From contig CAXXMD010000003.1 in assembly GCA_963675755.2 (NCBI GenBank), positions 256,001 through 320,000 on the forward strand: DNA of 64,000 nucleotides, in the 5' to 3' direction. The position numbers were made by a program, and so were the translations under genes. Origin of the DNA: a bacterium. Its GTDB lineage: Bacteria > Zhuqueibacterota > Zhuqueibacteria > Residuimicrobiales > Krinioviventaceae. This document shows positions 50,499 through 59,182 of the stretch, piece by piece. The first letter of the stretch is position 1; every line of letters starts with the position of its first letter. The notes under the pieces are model-generated. The model ran no database searches, was not told the origin of the DNA, and was given only the letters and a program-made list of their open reading frames with translations.

Positions 50499-52418
50499 TT
50501 ATTTCTTATCGTCATCAACCACTTCAAAATCTGCTTCTTCAGCATCATCTTCCTGACCACCCTGGGCATCTGCCTGAGCATCTGCTCCCGGTTGCGGGCC
50601 GCCCTGTGCTTCCTGGCCGCCTGCAGCTTCATACATCTTTGATGCTGCATCGCTCCACAATTTGCTAAGGGCTTCAACAGAAGATTTAATCTCGTCAAGA
50701 TTGTCTGTCTTGATCGCTTCTTTAACACGGCCTACAGCCGCTTCAAGACTACTGATCATATCGCTTGCAATCTTGTCTTTATTTTCATTCATATGCTTTT
50801 CAGTCTGATAAACCAGTTGATCAGCCTGATTGCGAGCATCAATCAACTCGCGACGTTTTTTATCATCAGCCGCATGATCTTTGGCATCATCAACCATTTT
50901 GTCGATTTCTTCTTTTGACAATCCGGTTGAAGCTTCAATGCGGATCGATTGTTCTTTATTGGTTGCTTTATCTTTTGCAGACACATTCAGAATACCGTTT
51001 GCATCAATATCAAAAGTTACTTCAACCTGTGGGATACCACGCGGGGCCGGTGGAATTCCATCGAGATGGAAACGACCCAATGTACGGTTATCTACCGCCA
51101 TCTCACGTTCACCCTGCAATACATGAATCTCTACAGAAGTCTGACTATCTGCAGCTGTAGAAAAAACTTCTGACTTGCGTGTAGGAATGGTTGTATTTTT
51201 TTCAATCAACTTTGTTGCCACACCACCCAGGGTTTCAATACCCAAAGAAAGCGGGGTAACATCCAACAGCAATACATCAGAAACATCACCGGCTAAAACA
51301 CCACCCTGAATTGCTGCACCAATTGCAACTACTTCGTCCGGGTTTACACCGCGGTGAGGTTCTTTGCCAAACAGCTCTTTAACCATTTCCTGTACCTTGG
51401 GCATACGGGTAGAACCACCCACAAGTACCACTTCATCAATTTCACTCTTGCTCATGCCAGCATCTTTGACTGCCATTTCACAAGGATTTACCAGGCGCTG
51501 GAACAAATCGTCACACAATTGTTCATATTTAGCACGGGTCAGGTTCATATTTAAATGTTTTGGGCCCGTATCGGTCGCCGTAATAAATGGCAGATTGATT
51601 TCAGTCTGCGCTGTAGAAGAAAGTTCACACTTGGCTTTTTCTGCCGCTTCTTTTAAACGCTGCAAAGCCATAGGATCTTTACTCAGATCCACACCTTCTG
51701 CCTTTAAAAACTCATCAACCAGCCAGTCAATTACACGCTGATCAAAATCATCACCACCCAGGTGAGTATCACCATTGGTGGATTTTACTTCAAATACACC
51801 GTCACCAATTTCTAATATAGAAATATCAAAAGTACCACCACCAAGGTCAAATACGGCAATTTTCTCATTGCTCTTTTTATCCAAACCATAGGCCAATGCT
51901 GCGGCAGTGGGCTCGTTGATAATACGTTTCACTTTCAAGCCGGCAATTTCTCCAGCTTCTTTTGTAGCTTGACGTTGACCGTCATTAAAATATGCAGGTA
52001 CGGTAATAACCGCTTCAGAGATTTTTTCTCCCAAATAATCTTCAGCAGTTTGTTTCATTTTCTGCAATACCATTGCTGAAATTTCCTGCGGAGAATATTC
52101 TTTATCGTCTATTTGAACTTTTGCAACATCGTTTTGGCCCTTAACAACCTTGTAAGGCACTTCACCAATTTCAGTTTTTACCTCGTTAAAACGACGTCCC
52201 ATAAAACGTTTAATCGAATAAATAGTCTTGTCCGGATTGGTAATAGCCTGGCGCTTTGCCACTTGACCTACCAGCCGTTCACCTGTCTTGCTAAACGCAA
52301 CCACTGATGGAGTAGTACGCGCGCCTTCAGAATTTTGTACTACAGTCGGCTCGCCACCTTCCATTACCGCCACACAAGAGTTTGTGGTTCCAAGATCGAT
52401 TCCAATAATTTTACCCAT
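50499..52418 (-). CDS. dnaK: Chaperone DnaK
   Basis: [26 protein letters not shown]; AGGAG RBS before MGKII. Confidence 0.99.
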   Translation of the reverse strand: MGKIIGIDLGTTNSCVAVMEGGEPTVVQNSEGARTTPSVVAFSKTGERLVGQVAKRQAITNPDKTIYSIKRFMGRRFNEVKTEIGEVPYKVVKGQNDVAKVQIDDKEYSPQEISAMVLQKMKQTAEDYLGEKISEAVITVPAYFNDGQRQATKEAGEIAGLKVKRIINEPTAAALAYGLDKKSNEKIAVFDLGGGTFDISILEIGDGVFEVKSTNGDTHLGGDDFDQRVIDWLVDEFLKAEGVDLSKDPMALQRLKEAAEKAKCELSSTAQTEINLPFITATDTGPKHLNMNLTRAKYEQLCDDLFQRLVNPCEMAVKDAGMSKSEIDEVVLVGGSTRMPKVQEMVKELFGKEPHRGVNPDEVVAIGAAIQGGVLAGDVSDVLLLDVTPLSLGIETLGGVATKLIEKNTTIPTRKSEVFSTAADSQTSVEIHVLQGEREMAVDNRTLGRFHLDGIPPAPRGIPQVEVTFDIDANGILNVSAKDKATNKEQSIRIEASTGLSKEEIDKMVDDAKDHAADDKKRRELIDARNQADQLVYQTEKHMNENKDKIASDMISSLEAAVGRVKEAIKTDNLDEIKSSVEALSKLWSDAASKMYEAAGGQEAQGGPQPGADAQADAQGGQEDDAEEADFEVVDDDKK

Positions 52419-52480
52419 CAAAAAAACTCCTTTAAAATTTATATTCATTCATAAAAATTCATTTTCATTATTATGCTTTT

Positions 52481-52496
52481 TGCAACTTGCATGCCA
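52481..52496 (-). promoter_or_regulatory. sigma54 -24/-12 promoter of dnaK
   Basis: TGGCATGCAAGTTGCA (GG-N10-GC). Confidence 0.8.
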
Positions 52497-52591
52497 TGAA
52501 ACAAAAACAAGCACAACCCATACAAAAACAGGTACTTGCAGCAATTACAAGCACCTGTTAAAATTCCATTCACCATTTTATTGACACACTA

Positions 52592-52611
52592 AATTATGTC
52601 AATTTGGCAGA
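52592..52611. promoter_or_regulatory. Putative enhancer (activator binding site) upstream of dnaK
   Basis: AATTATGTCAATTTGGCAGA; 19/20 identical to the reverse complement of 56108-56127. Confidence 0.7.
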
Positions 52612-52640
52612 TATTGCGTCAACTCGTCAAACCTCAAGTA

Positions 52641-52862
52641 TCACGCAGCTGCCTTGTCAGATTTTGATTTTTTTGACTTTTTATCTTTATAATCTGTAAT
52701 ATAAAATCCGGATCCCTTGAATATCAATCCGGTACCACCACTGATTAACCGCTCTACTTTGCCGCCACAGTGGGGACATGCAGCCAGAGGCTTTTCAGAG
52801 ATACTCTGAAAAGCCTCAAAATTTTTACCACATGATTTACATTTATAATCATAGGTTGGCAT
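52641..52862 (-). CDS. FmdB-family zinc-ribbon protein
   Basis: MPTYDYKCKSC, CPHCGG, FKGSGFYITDY. Confidence 0.93.
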   Translation of the reverse strand: MPTYDYKCKSCGKNFEAFQSISEKPLAACPHCGGKVERLISGGTGLIFKGSGFYITDYKDKKSKKSKSDKAAA

Positions 52863-52877
52863 AGAAATCTTGCTCCC

Positions 52878-54392
52878 TTATTCTTTATCCTTTTCAGGAA
52901 CTCGTAGTGCTTCAAAAAAGCTGGTATCACCGCTCTTCATTCTAAACAAGACAATATCACCGGGTTCAAGGCCTTTGAGCTGCTTGTTAAAATCACCAAC
53001 ATCTTTAACCGTTACGCGATTTACAGCCAGAATCAAAAATCCGGGACGTATACCTTTTTTAGAAGCTTCAGAACCAGATTCAACGTCTACTACCAATACA
53101 CCCTGATCATCTTCTGTCAGGCGATATCTGTTACGCAATTCCGGAGTCAGATTCTGAACTTCAATTCCCAAATGAGTTTCTATCTCTTCATTTGCTTTTT
53201 GGCTGCTGCTGCCACCACTTGCAAGCTTGTCAAGATCGCGTTCACCCAATGTTACGGTGATATCTTTCATTTTATTGTCGCGCCAAACTTTTAATTTCAC
53301 TTTTTCATCCGGCATTTTCGAACCAATAATCATAGTCAAATGATCGCTGCTGGTAATATCTTTATCATCCACTTTGAGAATAATATCACCGTCTTTGAGT
53401 CCGGCTTTTTCAGCAGGACTGCCATCGACAACATCAGACACCAAAGCACCGTTAGTAGACTCGAGACCAAAGCCCATTGCAAGATCTTCATCTACATTGG
53501 CGATTAGAACACCCAGCCAACCACGAACAACTTTGCCTTCGTTGATCAACTGTTCCATTACATTGCGTGCCAGATTGATAGGTATGGCGAAACCAATACC
53601 AATGTTGGCCTGACCCACAATAGCAGTATTGATACCCACCAGCTCACCACGCAGATTCACCAATGGACCACCACTGTTACCGGGGTTAATTGCGGCATCG
53701 GTTTGAATAAAATCTTCATACGTAATACCGGAACCACGCATCAGGCTTTTACGACCTTTGGCGCTTACAATACCGGCGGTTACGGTTTTATTCAAATCAG
53801 ATGAGAACGGGTTTCCAATAGCCATTACCCATTCACCAACTTCCAGACTCTCAGAGTCACCCAATTTGACTGGAACCAAACCCTCTTTATCAATCTTGAC
53901 CACTGCCAGATCGCTCTCAGGATCACGTCCAACAATCTCTGCGTCATATTCTTTACCGTCAACAGTAACAGAAATTTCATCTGCATCTGCAACAACATGA
54001 TTGTTGGTCAAAATATAACCGTCAGCGTTAACAACTACACCAGAGCCAAGACCACGTCTTACCTGATCCTGTTGTTCCGGCATGCGGAAAAAGTAACGGA
54101 AAAACTCGTCATCACCAAATGGATTTTGACGGGCCTTAACAACTACTTCGCTGTTGATTGTAACAACGGAAGGACTTACTTCTTTGGATACAGCAACAAA
54201 AGCCTTGCTGAGATTTTCAAGTCCTGCCAATTCTTGTGAAACCGGTTGGGTTGATCCCAACACAACGGTTTCAGCATTATATGCAGCAATGCTTTTATTT
54301 GAAATATCCAAATTGGATGAAATAACCAAACCGGTCACAATACCTACAAACACAGCTAAAATAACCAAAAGTGACACTTTACCAGATTTCAT
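52878..54392 (-). CDS. degP: DegP/DegQ (HtrA) serine protease with two PDZ domains
   Basis: GSGVVV, TNNHVV, DLAVVK, QTDAAINPGNSGGPL, RGWLGV. Confidence 0.93.
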   Translation of the reverse strand: MKSGKVSLLVILAVFVGIVTGLVISSNLDISNKSIAAYNAETVVLGSTQPVSQELAGLENLSKAFVAVSKEVSPSVVTINSEVVVKARQNPFGDDEFFRYFFRMPEQQDQVRRGLGSGVVVNADGYILTNNHVVADADEISVTVDGKEYDAEIVGRDPESDLAVVKIDKEGLVPVKLGDSESLEVGEWVMAIGNPFSSDLNKTVTAGIVSAKGRKSLMRGSGITYEDFIQTDAAINPGNSGGPLVNLRGELVGINTAIVGQANIGIGFAIPINLARNVMEQLINEGKVVRGWLGVLIANVDEDLAMGFGLESTNGALVSDVVDGSPAEKAGLKDGDIILKVDDKDITSSDHLTMIIGSKMPDEKVKLKVWRDNKMKDITVTLGERDLDKLASGGSSSQKANEEIETHLGIEVQNLTPELRNRYRLTEDDQGVLVVDVESGSEASKKGIRPGFLILAVNRVTVKDVGDFNKQLKGLEPGDIVLFRMKSGDTSFFEALRVPEKDKE

Positions 54393-54487
54393 AATAACTT
54401 CCTTTCGTTTGTTCTCCAGTATCTTTTGTTATTTTTTAAACATCATGTTTATTAACATGTTCCAAAATTAAATTACATAAATACATT

Positions 54488-55414
54488 TCAATAGGGCAAA
54501 CCTTCTTCTTTGGCAAATTGTTCCAACAATTGTTTTCCTTTTTTGCCCAAAGACTTGGGAGCCTCAATAACCAACTCTACAATATGGTCACCACTTTTAC
54601 CATTAGCCTTAACTCCCATACCCGTAAGTTTTAACTTTTTACCACTCTTTGATCCGGCAGGGATTTTGAGTTCAACGGTATTCCCTTCAAAAGTCGTTAC
54701 CCGAACTTTGGAACCCAAAGCAGCCTGTACAATATTTATTACTGCGTTACTATACAAATCCAACCCGGTTCTTTTGAACACAGGATGCTCTGCAACATGC
54801 AGAGTTATAAATAAATTGCCTGCAGGGCCGCCATTTGGAGAGGCTTCGCCCTGGCCGGTGAGACGCATGGTCTTTCCATCTTCTGTTCCGGGCGGAATAT
54901 TGATAGACAATTTTTGACTTTTGCCTCCCCTGTTCAAAGAAACCATATGCTTGCCGCCACGAACCGCCAAATCAAAGGGGATTGTAACTTCGGCTTTAAT
55001 GTCTTGTCCAGGTGTGGTATGCCTGCGGGCTCCGCCACGAGAAGTCGAACTGCCGCCAAACAAATCGCTGAACAAATCACCAAAATCAGATCCAGCACTA
55101 CGTCGACTACTTTTACCTCCTCCAAATATAGAGCTCAAATCGTCGAAATTCATCCCGGAGAATCCGCCATACCCACCTTGTCCACCAAAACCACCAGCGC
55201 CAAACTTTCGCATTTGATCGTATTTCTGGCGCTTTTCCTTATTTCCTATAACAGCATAAGCCTCAGAGATTTCCTTAAACTTTTCATCATTCCGCTTATC
55301 ATTTGGATGTTTATCAGGATGGTGTTTTTTTGCAAGATCTCTGTATGCTTTTTTTATATCACTATCAGAGGCGCTTTCAGACACACCCAGTATTTTATAA
55401 AAATCCTTATTCAT
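54488..55414 (-). CDS. Class B J-domain co-chaperone (DnaJ/CbpA-like, no zinc fingers)
   Basis: J-domain HHPD, G/F-rich linker, C-terminal domains, no CxxCxGxG. Confidence 0.9.
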   Translation of the reverse strand: MNKDFYKILGVSESASDSDIKKAYRDLAKKHHPDKHPNDKRNDEKFKEISEAYAVIGNKEKRQKYDQMRKFGAGGFGGQGGYGGFSGMNFDDLSSIFGGGKSSRRSAGSDFGDLFSDLFGGSSTSRGGARRHTTPGQDIKAEVTIPFDLAVRGGKHMVSLNRGGKSQKLSINIPPGTEDGKTMRLTGQGEASPNGGPAGNLFITLHVAEHPVFKRTGLDLYSNAVINIVQAALGSKVRVTTFEGNTVELKIPAGSKSGKKLKLTGMGVKANGKSGDHIVELVIEAPKSLGKKGKQLLEQFAKEEGLPY

Positions 55415-55961
55415 TTACCTGTTCGCTCTCTTTACCTTCTGCAACCATTACCCGAGCCGGTCTGATTAATCTGCCTTTTAACTGATAACCACGCTGCCAT
55501 ACCTGAAGAATTTCACCCGGTTTTGCTTCATCGGTTTTTTCCAGGCGTACAGCTTCGTGCATCTCGGGATCAAAAAGTACATTTTCAGTTTCTACTGTTT
55601 CCAGACCCAATTTCTCAAGAATTGAAAACATTTTATCATATATCATTTTTACGCCCTGTACCGGCAGATGCTCTTTATCATCCGTGTTGTGCAAAAACAG
55701 ATAATCAAAATCATCCATAACCGGCAGCAGCTCGCTGATAACATTGCGGACAGAATTGTCTGCCCAATCGCTCTGCATTTTTTCCATGCGACGCTTGTAA
55801 TTTATAAATTCTGCCTGCAATCTTTGCAGCTGCTCGAGATAATTGGTATTTTCATCACTCCCCGAGGGTGAGGCTTCCTGTTCTGTCACTTCTTCACTCA
55901 TCGGGGCGTTCATTTCATTTTCTTCATTAACCTTTTTTTCTTCAGTATTATTGCCGCTCAT
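55407..55961 (-). CDS. grpE: Nucleotide exchange factor GrpE
   Basis: RLQAEFINYKRR, FDPEMHEAV, GYQLKGRLIRPARVMV. Confidence 0.96.
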   Translation of the reverse strand: MSGNNTEEKKVNEENEMNAPMSEEVTEQEASPSGSDENTNYLEQLQRLQAEFINYKRRMEKMQSDWADNSVRNVISELLPVMDDFDYLFLHNTDDKEHLPVQGVKMIYDKMFSILEKLGLETVETENVLFDPEMHEAVRLEKTDEAKPGEILQVWQRGYQLKGRLIRPARVMVAEGKESEQVNE

Positions 55962-56005
55962 TTTTCTCCCTTACAAATCGTTATATATTTCATTACAGAA
56001 CTATA

Positions 56006-56021
56006 TGCAAGCCTTGTGCCA
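56006..56021 (-). promoter_or_regulatory. sigma54 -24/-12 promoter of grpE
   Basis: TGGCACAAGGCTTGCA, matching TGGCAC-N5-TTGCA exactly. Confidence 0.85.
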
Positions 56022-56107
56022 CTAAAAAAAATCGATATAACATACTATTTTTAAATAAATTAAACAAACTCACACAATCAATCAACTCAAGCAATCATGT
56101 CATAATG

Positions 56108-56127
56108 TCTGCCAATTTGACATAATT
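56108..56127. promoter_or_regulatory. Putative enhancer upstream of grpE
   Basis: TCTGCCAATTTGACATAATT; inverted copy of 52592-52611. Confidence 0.7.
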
Positions 56128-56131
56128 ACAT

Positions 56132-56162
56132 AAAAAAAGGAGAGATAAAATCCCTCCTTTTT
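56132..56162 (-). terminator. Terminator after the zinc peptidase gene
   Basis: AAAAAGGAG / CTCCTTTTT stem with an A-run on the plus strand (U-tract on minus). Confidence 0.65.
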
Positions 56163-56185
56163 AAAATGGATATTTTAAAATAAAC

Positions 56186-56863
56186 TCAATCATCGCCACG
56201 TAAAAGGATCAATCGCAAGAGCTGCAATACTGCCATTGCAGCAGCTGCTACATATGTTAAAGCTGCAGCATCCAGCACTTTCTTAGCTCCCTGCACTTCA
56301 TCCTGACGCAGATAACCACCATTACTCAACTGGGCCATTGCCCTGCTGCTGGCATTAAACTCTACCGGAAGCGTAACCAGATGGAACAGAACCGCACCGG
56401 CAAATACAATAATTCCCAGGTCAATCAACGGTTTCATGCTGAACAGGAAACCGATAAAAAACATAGGAATGCCCAAAGTTGAGCCCAAATTGGCTACAGG
56501 AAAAATCGTCTGCCGCCAGCTCAAAGGCGCATACGATAAACTATCTTGAATGGCATGACCGGTTTCATGCGCTGCTACACCCAACGCAGCAAGTGATGAT
56601 GAATGATATACATCACTTGACAGGCGCAGTTTTTTACTACGAGAGTCATAATGGTCCGTTAACGAACCTGGCGTTTCCTCTACAGTAACATCATAAATAT
56701 TATTTCTCTGTAATAAACTTTGTGCAACCTGCGCACCTGTCATACCTGATGCCGCTCTACGCTTACTCATCTCATTAAAAGCACTCTTTACTTTAAATTG
56801 TGCATAAATTGTCAACGCAAGCGCCGGCAATATCAATATCATTGTAGAATCAAAGAAAAACAT
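56186..56863 (-). CDS. YugP-like membrane neutral zinc metallopeptidase
   Basis: LTDHYD, VAAHETGHAIQ, TLPVEFNASSRA, AAALTYVAA. Confidence 0.92.
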   Translation of the reverse strand: MFFFDSTMILILPALALTIYAQFKVKSAFNEMSKRRAASGMTGAQVAQSLLQRNNIYDVTVEETPGSLTDHYDSRSKKLRLSSDVYHSSSLAALGVAAHETGHAIQDSLSYAPLSWRQTIFPVANLGSTLGIPMFFIGFLFSMKPLIDLGIIVFAGAVLFHLVTLPVEFNASSRAMAQLSNGGYLRQDEVQGAKKVLDAAALTYVAAAAMAVLQLLRLILLRGDD

Positions 56864-56913
56864 ATTTCCTCCATATCATTTAAATATTTGATGCACATAC
56901 TATACAACAAGTT

Positions 56914-57111
56914 TCACTTGACAGAAAAAATTTTCATTTTTCTGCCGGGAACCAATAACATCAAACCATATACAATCAAAAGAATTCCGGGTATTATCGG
57001 CAAAACCAATCCCAGTATTCCAATTAACAATAGAGGAATTGCATACAAGGACCGAGTTTTGCGAAAATCACGAATCTCTTCTTTCAACTTTTTCTTTGCC
57101 CGAATTTTCAA
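56914..57111 (-). CDS. Small two-TM membrane protein
   Basis: GILGLVLPIIPG hairpin; overlaps the upstream stop by 4 nt. Confidence 0.6.
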   Translation of the reverse strand: MKIRAKKKLKEEIRDFRKTRSLYAIPLLLIGILGLVLPIIPGILLIVYGLMLLVPGRKMKIFSVK

Positions 57112-57755
57112 ATAAAATCCTTTATTACCTTATCCAATTCCTTTTCGTAGCCTGACAACCGTTTTTGTCTGTATTCCATTTCCTCGTTTTTGGTTTTTAA
57201 CGATATTAAACGCTCCTGCTGCAAAATGGTTTCACTAATTCCGGCACCGGGACTAAAATATCGCTGATAAAGCAGCATTCCTGCCAGTACAACAATGCCC
57301 AAAATCAAAGCCAAATAAAAGAAAACAGAACGGTCAAATTGCGCCCAGATAAACATACCCGTTATATACAAAAGGGTACACAAAATCTGGAAAATCAACA
57401 TGGATTGTTTCCGGATTTTGTATACCCTCACATCTTTTTGGATCTGATGGATCTGTTCTTTTAGCTCTGCAATGGTCTGAATTTCGTTCTTTATTCGATT
57501 TTCAAGTGACAAGAGCGATACATCTTTGCGCATATTGATAATGTCACGCATAATTTGCGCTTTTTCAGATTTGGGATTTTTATCAATAGCGATTCGATTA
57601 AAATACAAAGCCTGTTCAAGGTCACCATCTTTGAGTTTGTTTACGGAAAGATTGTGATAGACATAATCTGGCAGCCATTTTTTGTTCTCTGCAAATTTAT
57701 AACCCAGTCTGAACAAACCAATGGTAACAAAGGATGGAATTACAGGAAAAGGCAT
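57108..57755 (-). CDS. Hypothetical protein (TPR-like repeat, coiled coil, two TM)
   Basis: GGGAG RBS; ALYFNRIAIDKNP; hydrophobic segment pair. Confidence 0.65.
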   Translation of the reverse strand: MPFPVIPSFVTIGLFRLGYKFAENKKWLPDYVYHNLSVNKLKDGDLEQALYFNRIAIDKNPKSEKAQIMRDIINMRKDVSLLSLENRIKNEIQTIAELKEQIHQIQKDVRVYKIRKQSMLIFQILCTLLYITGMFIWAQFDRSVFFYLALILGIVVLAGMLLYQRYFSPGAGISETILQQERLISLKTKNEEMEYRQKRLSGYEKELDKVIKDFI

Positions 57756-57768
57756 TTTTCACGCTCCC

Positions 57769-58077
57769 TTATTTCAGGGCCAACGCTCTTTCTAAATATT
57801 CTACTGCCTTTGGGTATTTTTCACGTACCTGTTCCCATTCCTGTTCTGACAAATCTTTGGGCTCTTTACCGGTAACCGTTTTAGCACCATCATATGCCAA
57901 TTGGATCAAATCTTTATTGGCATTCATAACACCCAGGGTTGCTCCGGCAGCTTCAAGTACACCATCAATAAAATCAACACCCATAGCGGATTCCAATCCG
58001 CGTTCTACAATAAATCCCGCAATGCCGCCAACAGCACCGTGCGTTACACTCTTTTTTATACGTTCAATTTTGCTCAT
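57769..58077 (-). CDS. Small Gly/Ala-rich amphipathic protein
   Basis: GGAGG RBS; GAVGGIAG...AAGATLG. Confidence 0.7.
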   Translation of the reverse strand: MSKIERIKKSVTHGAVGGIAGFIVERGLESAMGVDFIDGVLEAAGATLGVMNANKDLIQLAYDGAKTVTGKEPKDLSEQEWEQVREKYPKAVEYLERALALK

Positions 58078-58288
58078 TCTTCTTTTTTTCCTCCGTTTCT
58101 ATAGTTTTCAGGGATTTTTTAATTAAATCATCCTTTTTCTGGATGATACCCTGTAAACGCCGAACCTCCCTTTCCAGTTCCCTTAAACGCTTGTTGCCAA
58201 AAATCATTCCATAGATCTTTTCAACAATGATCAAAACTGCAATAGCGATCACAATTCCAAATACAAAACTAAGAACATCCAACTGCAT
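58064..58288 (-). CDS. Small single-TM plus coiled-coil protein
   Basis: ATG directly abuts the upstream TAA; TM followed by RLRELEREVRRLQ. Confidence 0.7.
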   Translation of the reverse strand: MQLDVLSFVFGIVIAIAVLIIVEKIYGMIFGNKRLRELEREVRRLQGIIQKKDDLIKKSLKTIETEEKKKNEQN

Positions 58289-59182
58289 TTAAACTCTCTC
58301 TATTGTTTGTTCAGGTTCCGGCGCCAGCTTTTTAACCATGATCAGACGATTTTCACCTTCAGGCATGATTTTATAGCTAACTTCATCCATAGAACGTTTA
58401 ATAATGGGTAAACCCATTCCACCACGTTTACGATTATCAACAGCTTCTTCGGCATCAAATATCACCAAATTATCTACATTAAAGCCGTCTCCTTTATCAT
58501 ACACCGTAATACGTAAAATATTCGGATAGGTTTCTACTCCTACCTTGACTGATTTTGTAGGATCAGAATGATAAGCATGTTCAATCACATTAATACATGC
58601 CTCATAAACTGATATTTTAATTTTACTTACATCAGCATCACCAAAACCCATATTTCTCGATATATTAACAACAAAATCACATGCTTTATATAATGAATCT
58701 ACCTTGCTGGGAATTTCAATAAAAACCTGACTTACAGCCTGCCCTTGATGAATTGATTCCATCATTCGGTTATCAATCTCTATCTCTTCATCAAAGTCTA
58801 CCTGTTTTGCAGACAAAATCCGCTCTTCAAAGCGATTAAGAGCTGTATTTTCAAAAACTTCATCGGCTAGATAACTGAACGGCTCAAATATTTCAAAATC
58901 CCGACGCGCGTTATCCGAGATGTTTAACAGATTGACATCTCCGCCCATGCGCCTGGCTTTGGCTGTTATTTCAAAAATAGCAACAATCAGACTGGGTGGC
59001 AATTCATCCAGATTGGCCAGGTCAAATAAAAAGAATTTCTTGTTGTCACGCAGACAGCTGTCAAATGCCGTTAAAATCTCTGGTACCAAAGAAATATCTT
59101 TGGCATTTACCAAAGGTTTTAATTTTATAATTTCCTCAAAAGCACTGACGTTACTAATTTCTACCAGTTCTTTTTCCATCAA
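58289..59182 (-). CDS. STAS domain fused to an RsbW-like HATPase (anti-sigma kinase-like)
   Basis: FDLANL...RRMGGDVNLLN; EACINVIEHAY, DKGDGF, GGMGLPII. Confidence 0.82.
   Translation of the reverse strand: MMEKELVEISNVSAFEEIIKLKPLVNAKDISLVPEILTAFDSCLRDNKKFFLFDLANLDELPPSLIVAIFEITAKARRMGGDVNLLNISDNARRDFEIFEPFSYLADEVFENTALNRFEERILSAKQVDFDEEIEIDNRMMESIHQGQAVSQVFIEIPSKVDSLYKACDFVVNISRNMGFGDADVSKIKISVYEACINVIEHAYHSDPTKSVKVGVETYPNILRITVYDKGDGFNVDNLVIFDAEEAVDNRKRGGMGLPIIKRSMDEVSYKIMPEGENRLIMVKKLAPEPEQTIERV

Noticed and set aside
47814-52418. Long antisense ORFs over clpB and dnaK (also over guaB and moxR)
   Set aside because: Typical antisense open frames of conserved genes with biased codon usage
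52420-56185. CIRCE or HAIR operators before dnaK and grpE
   Set aside because: No TTAGCACTC-N9-GAGTGCTAA seen; only a lone ACTCAAG half-site near 56085
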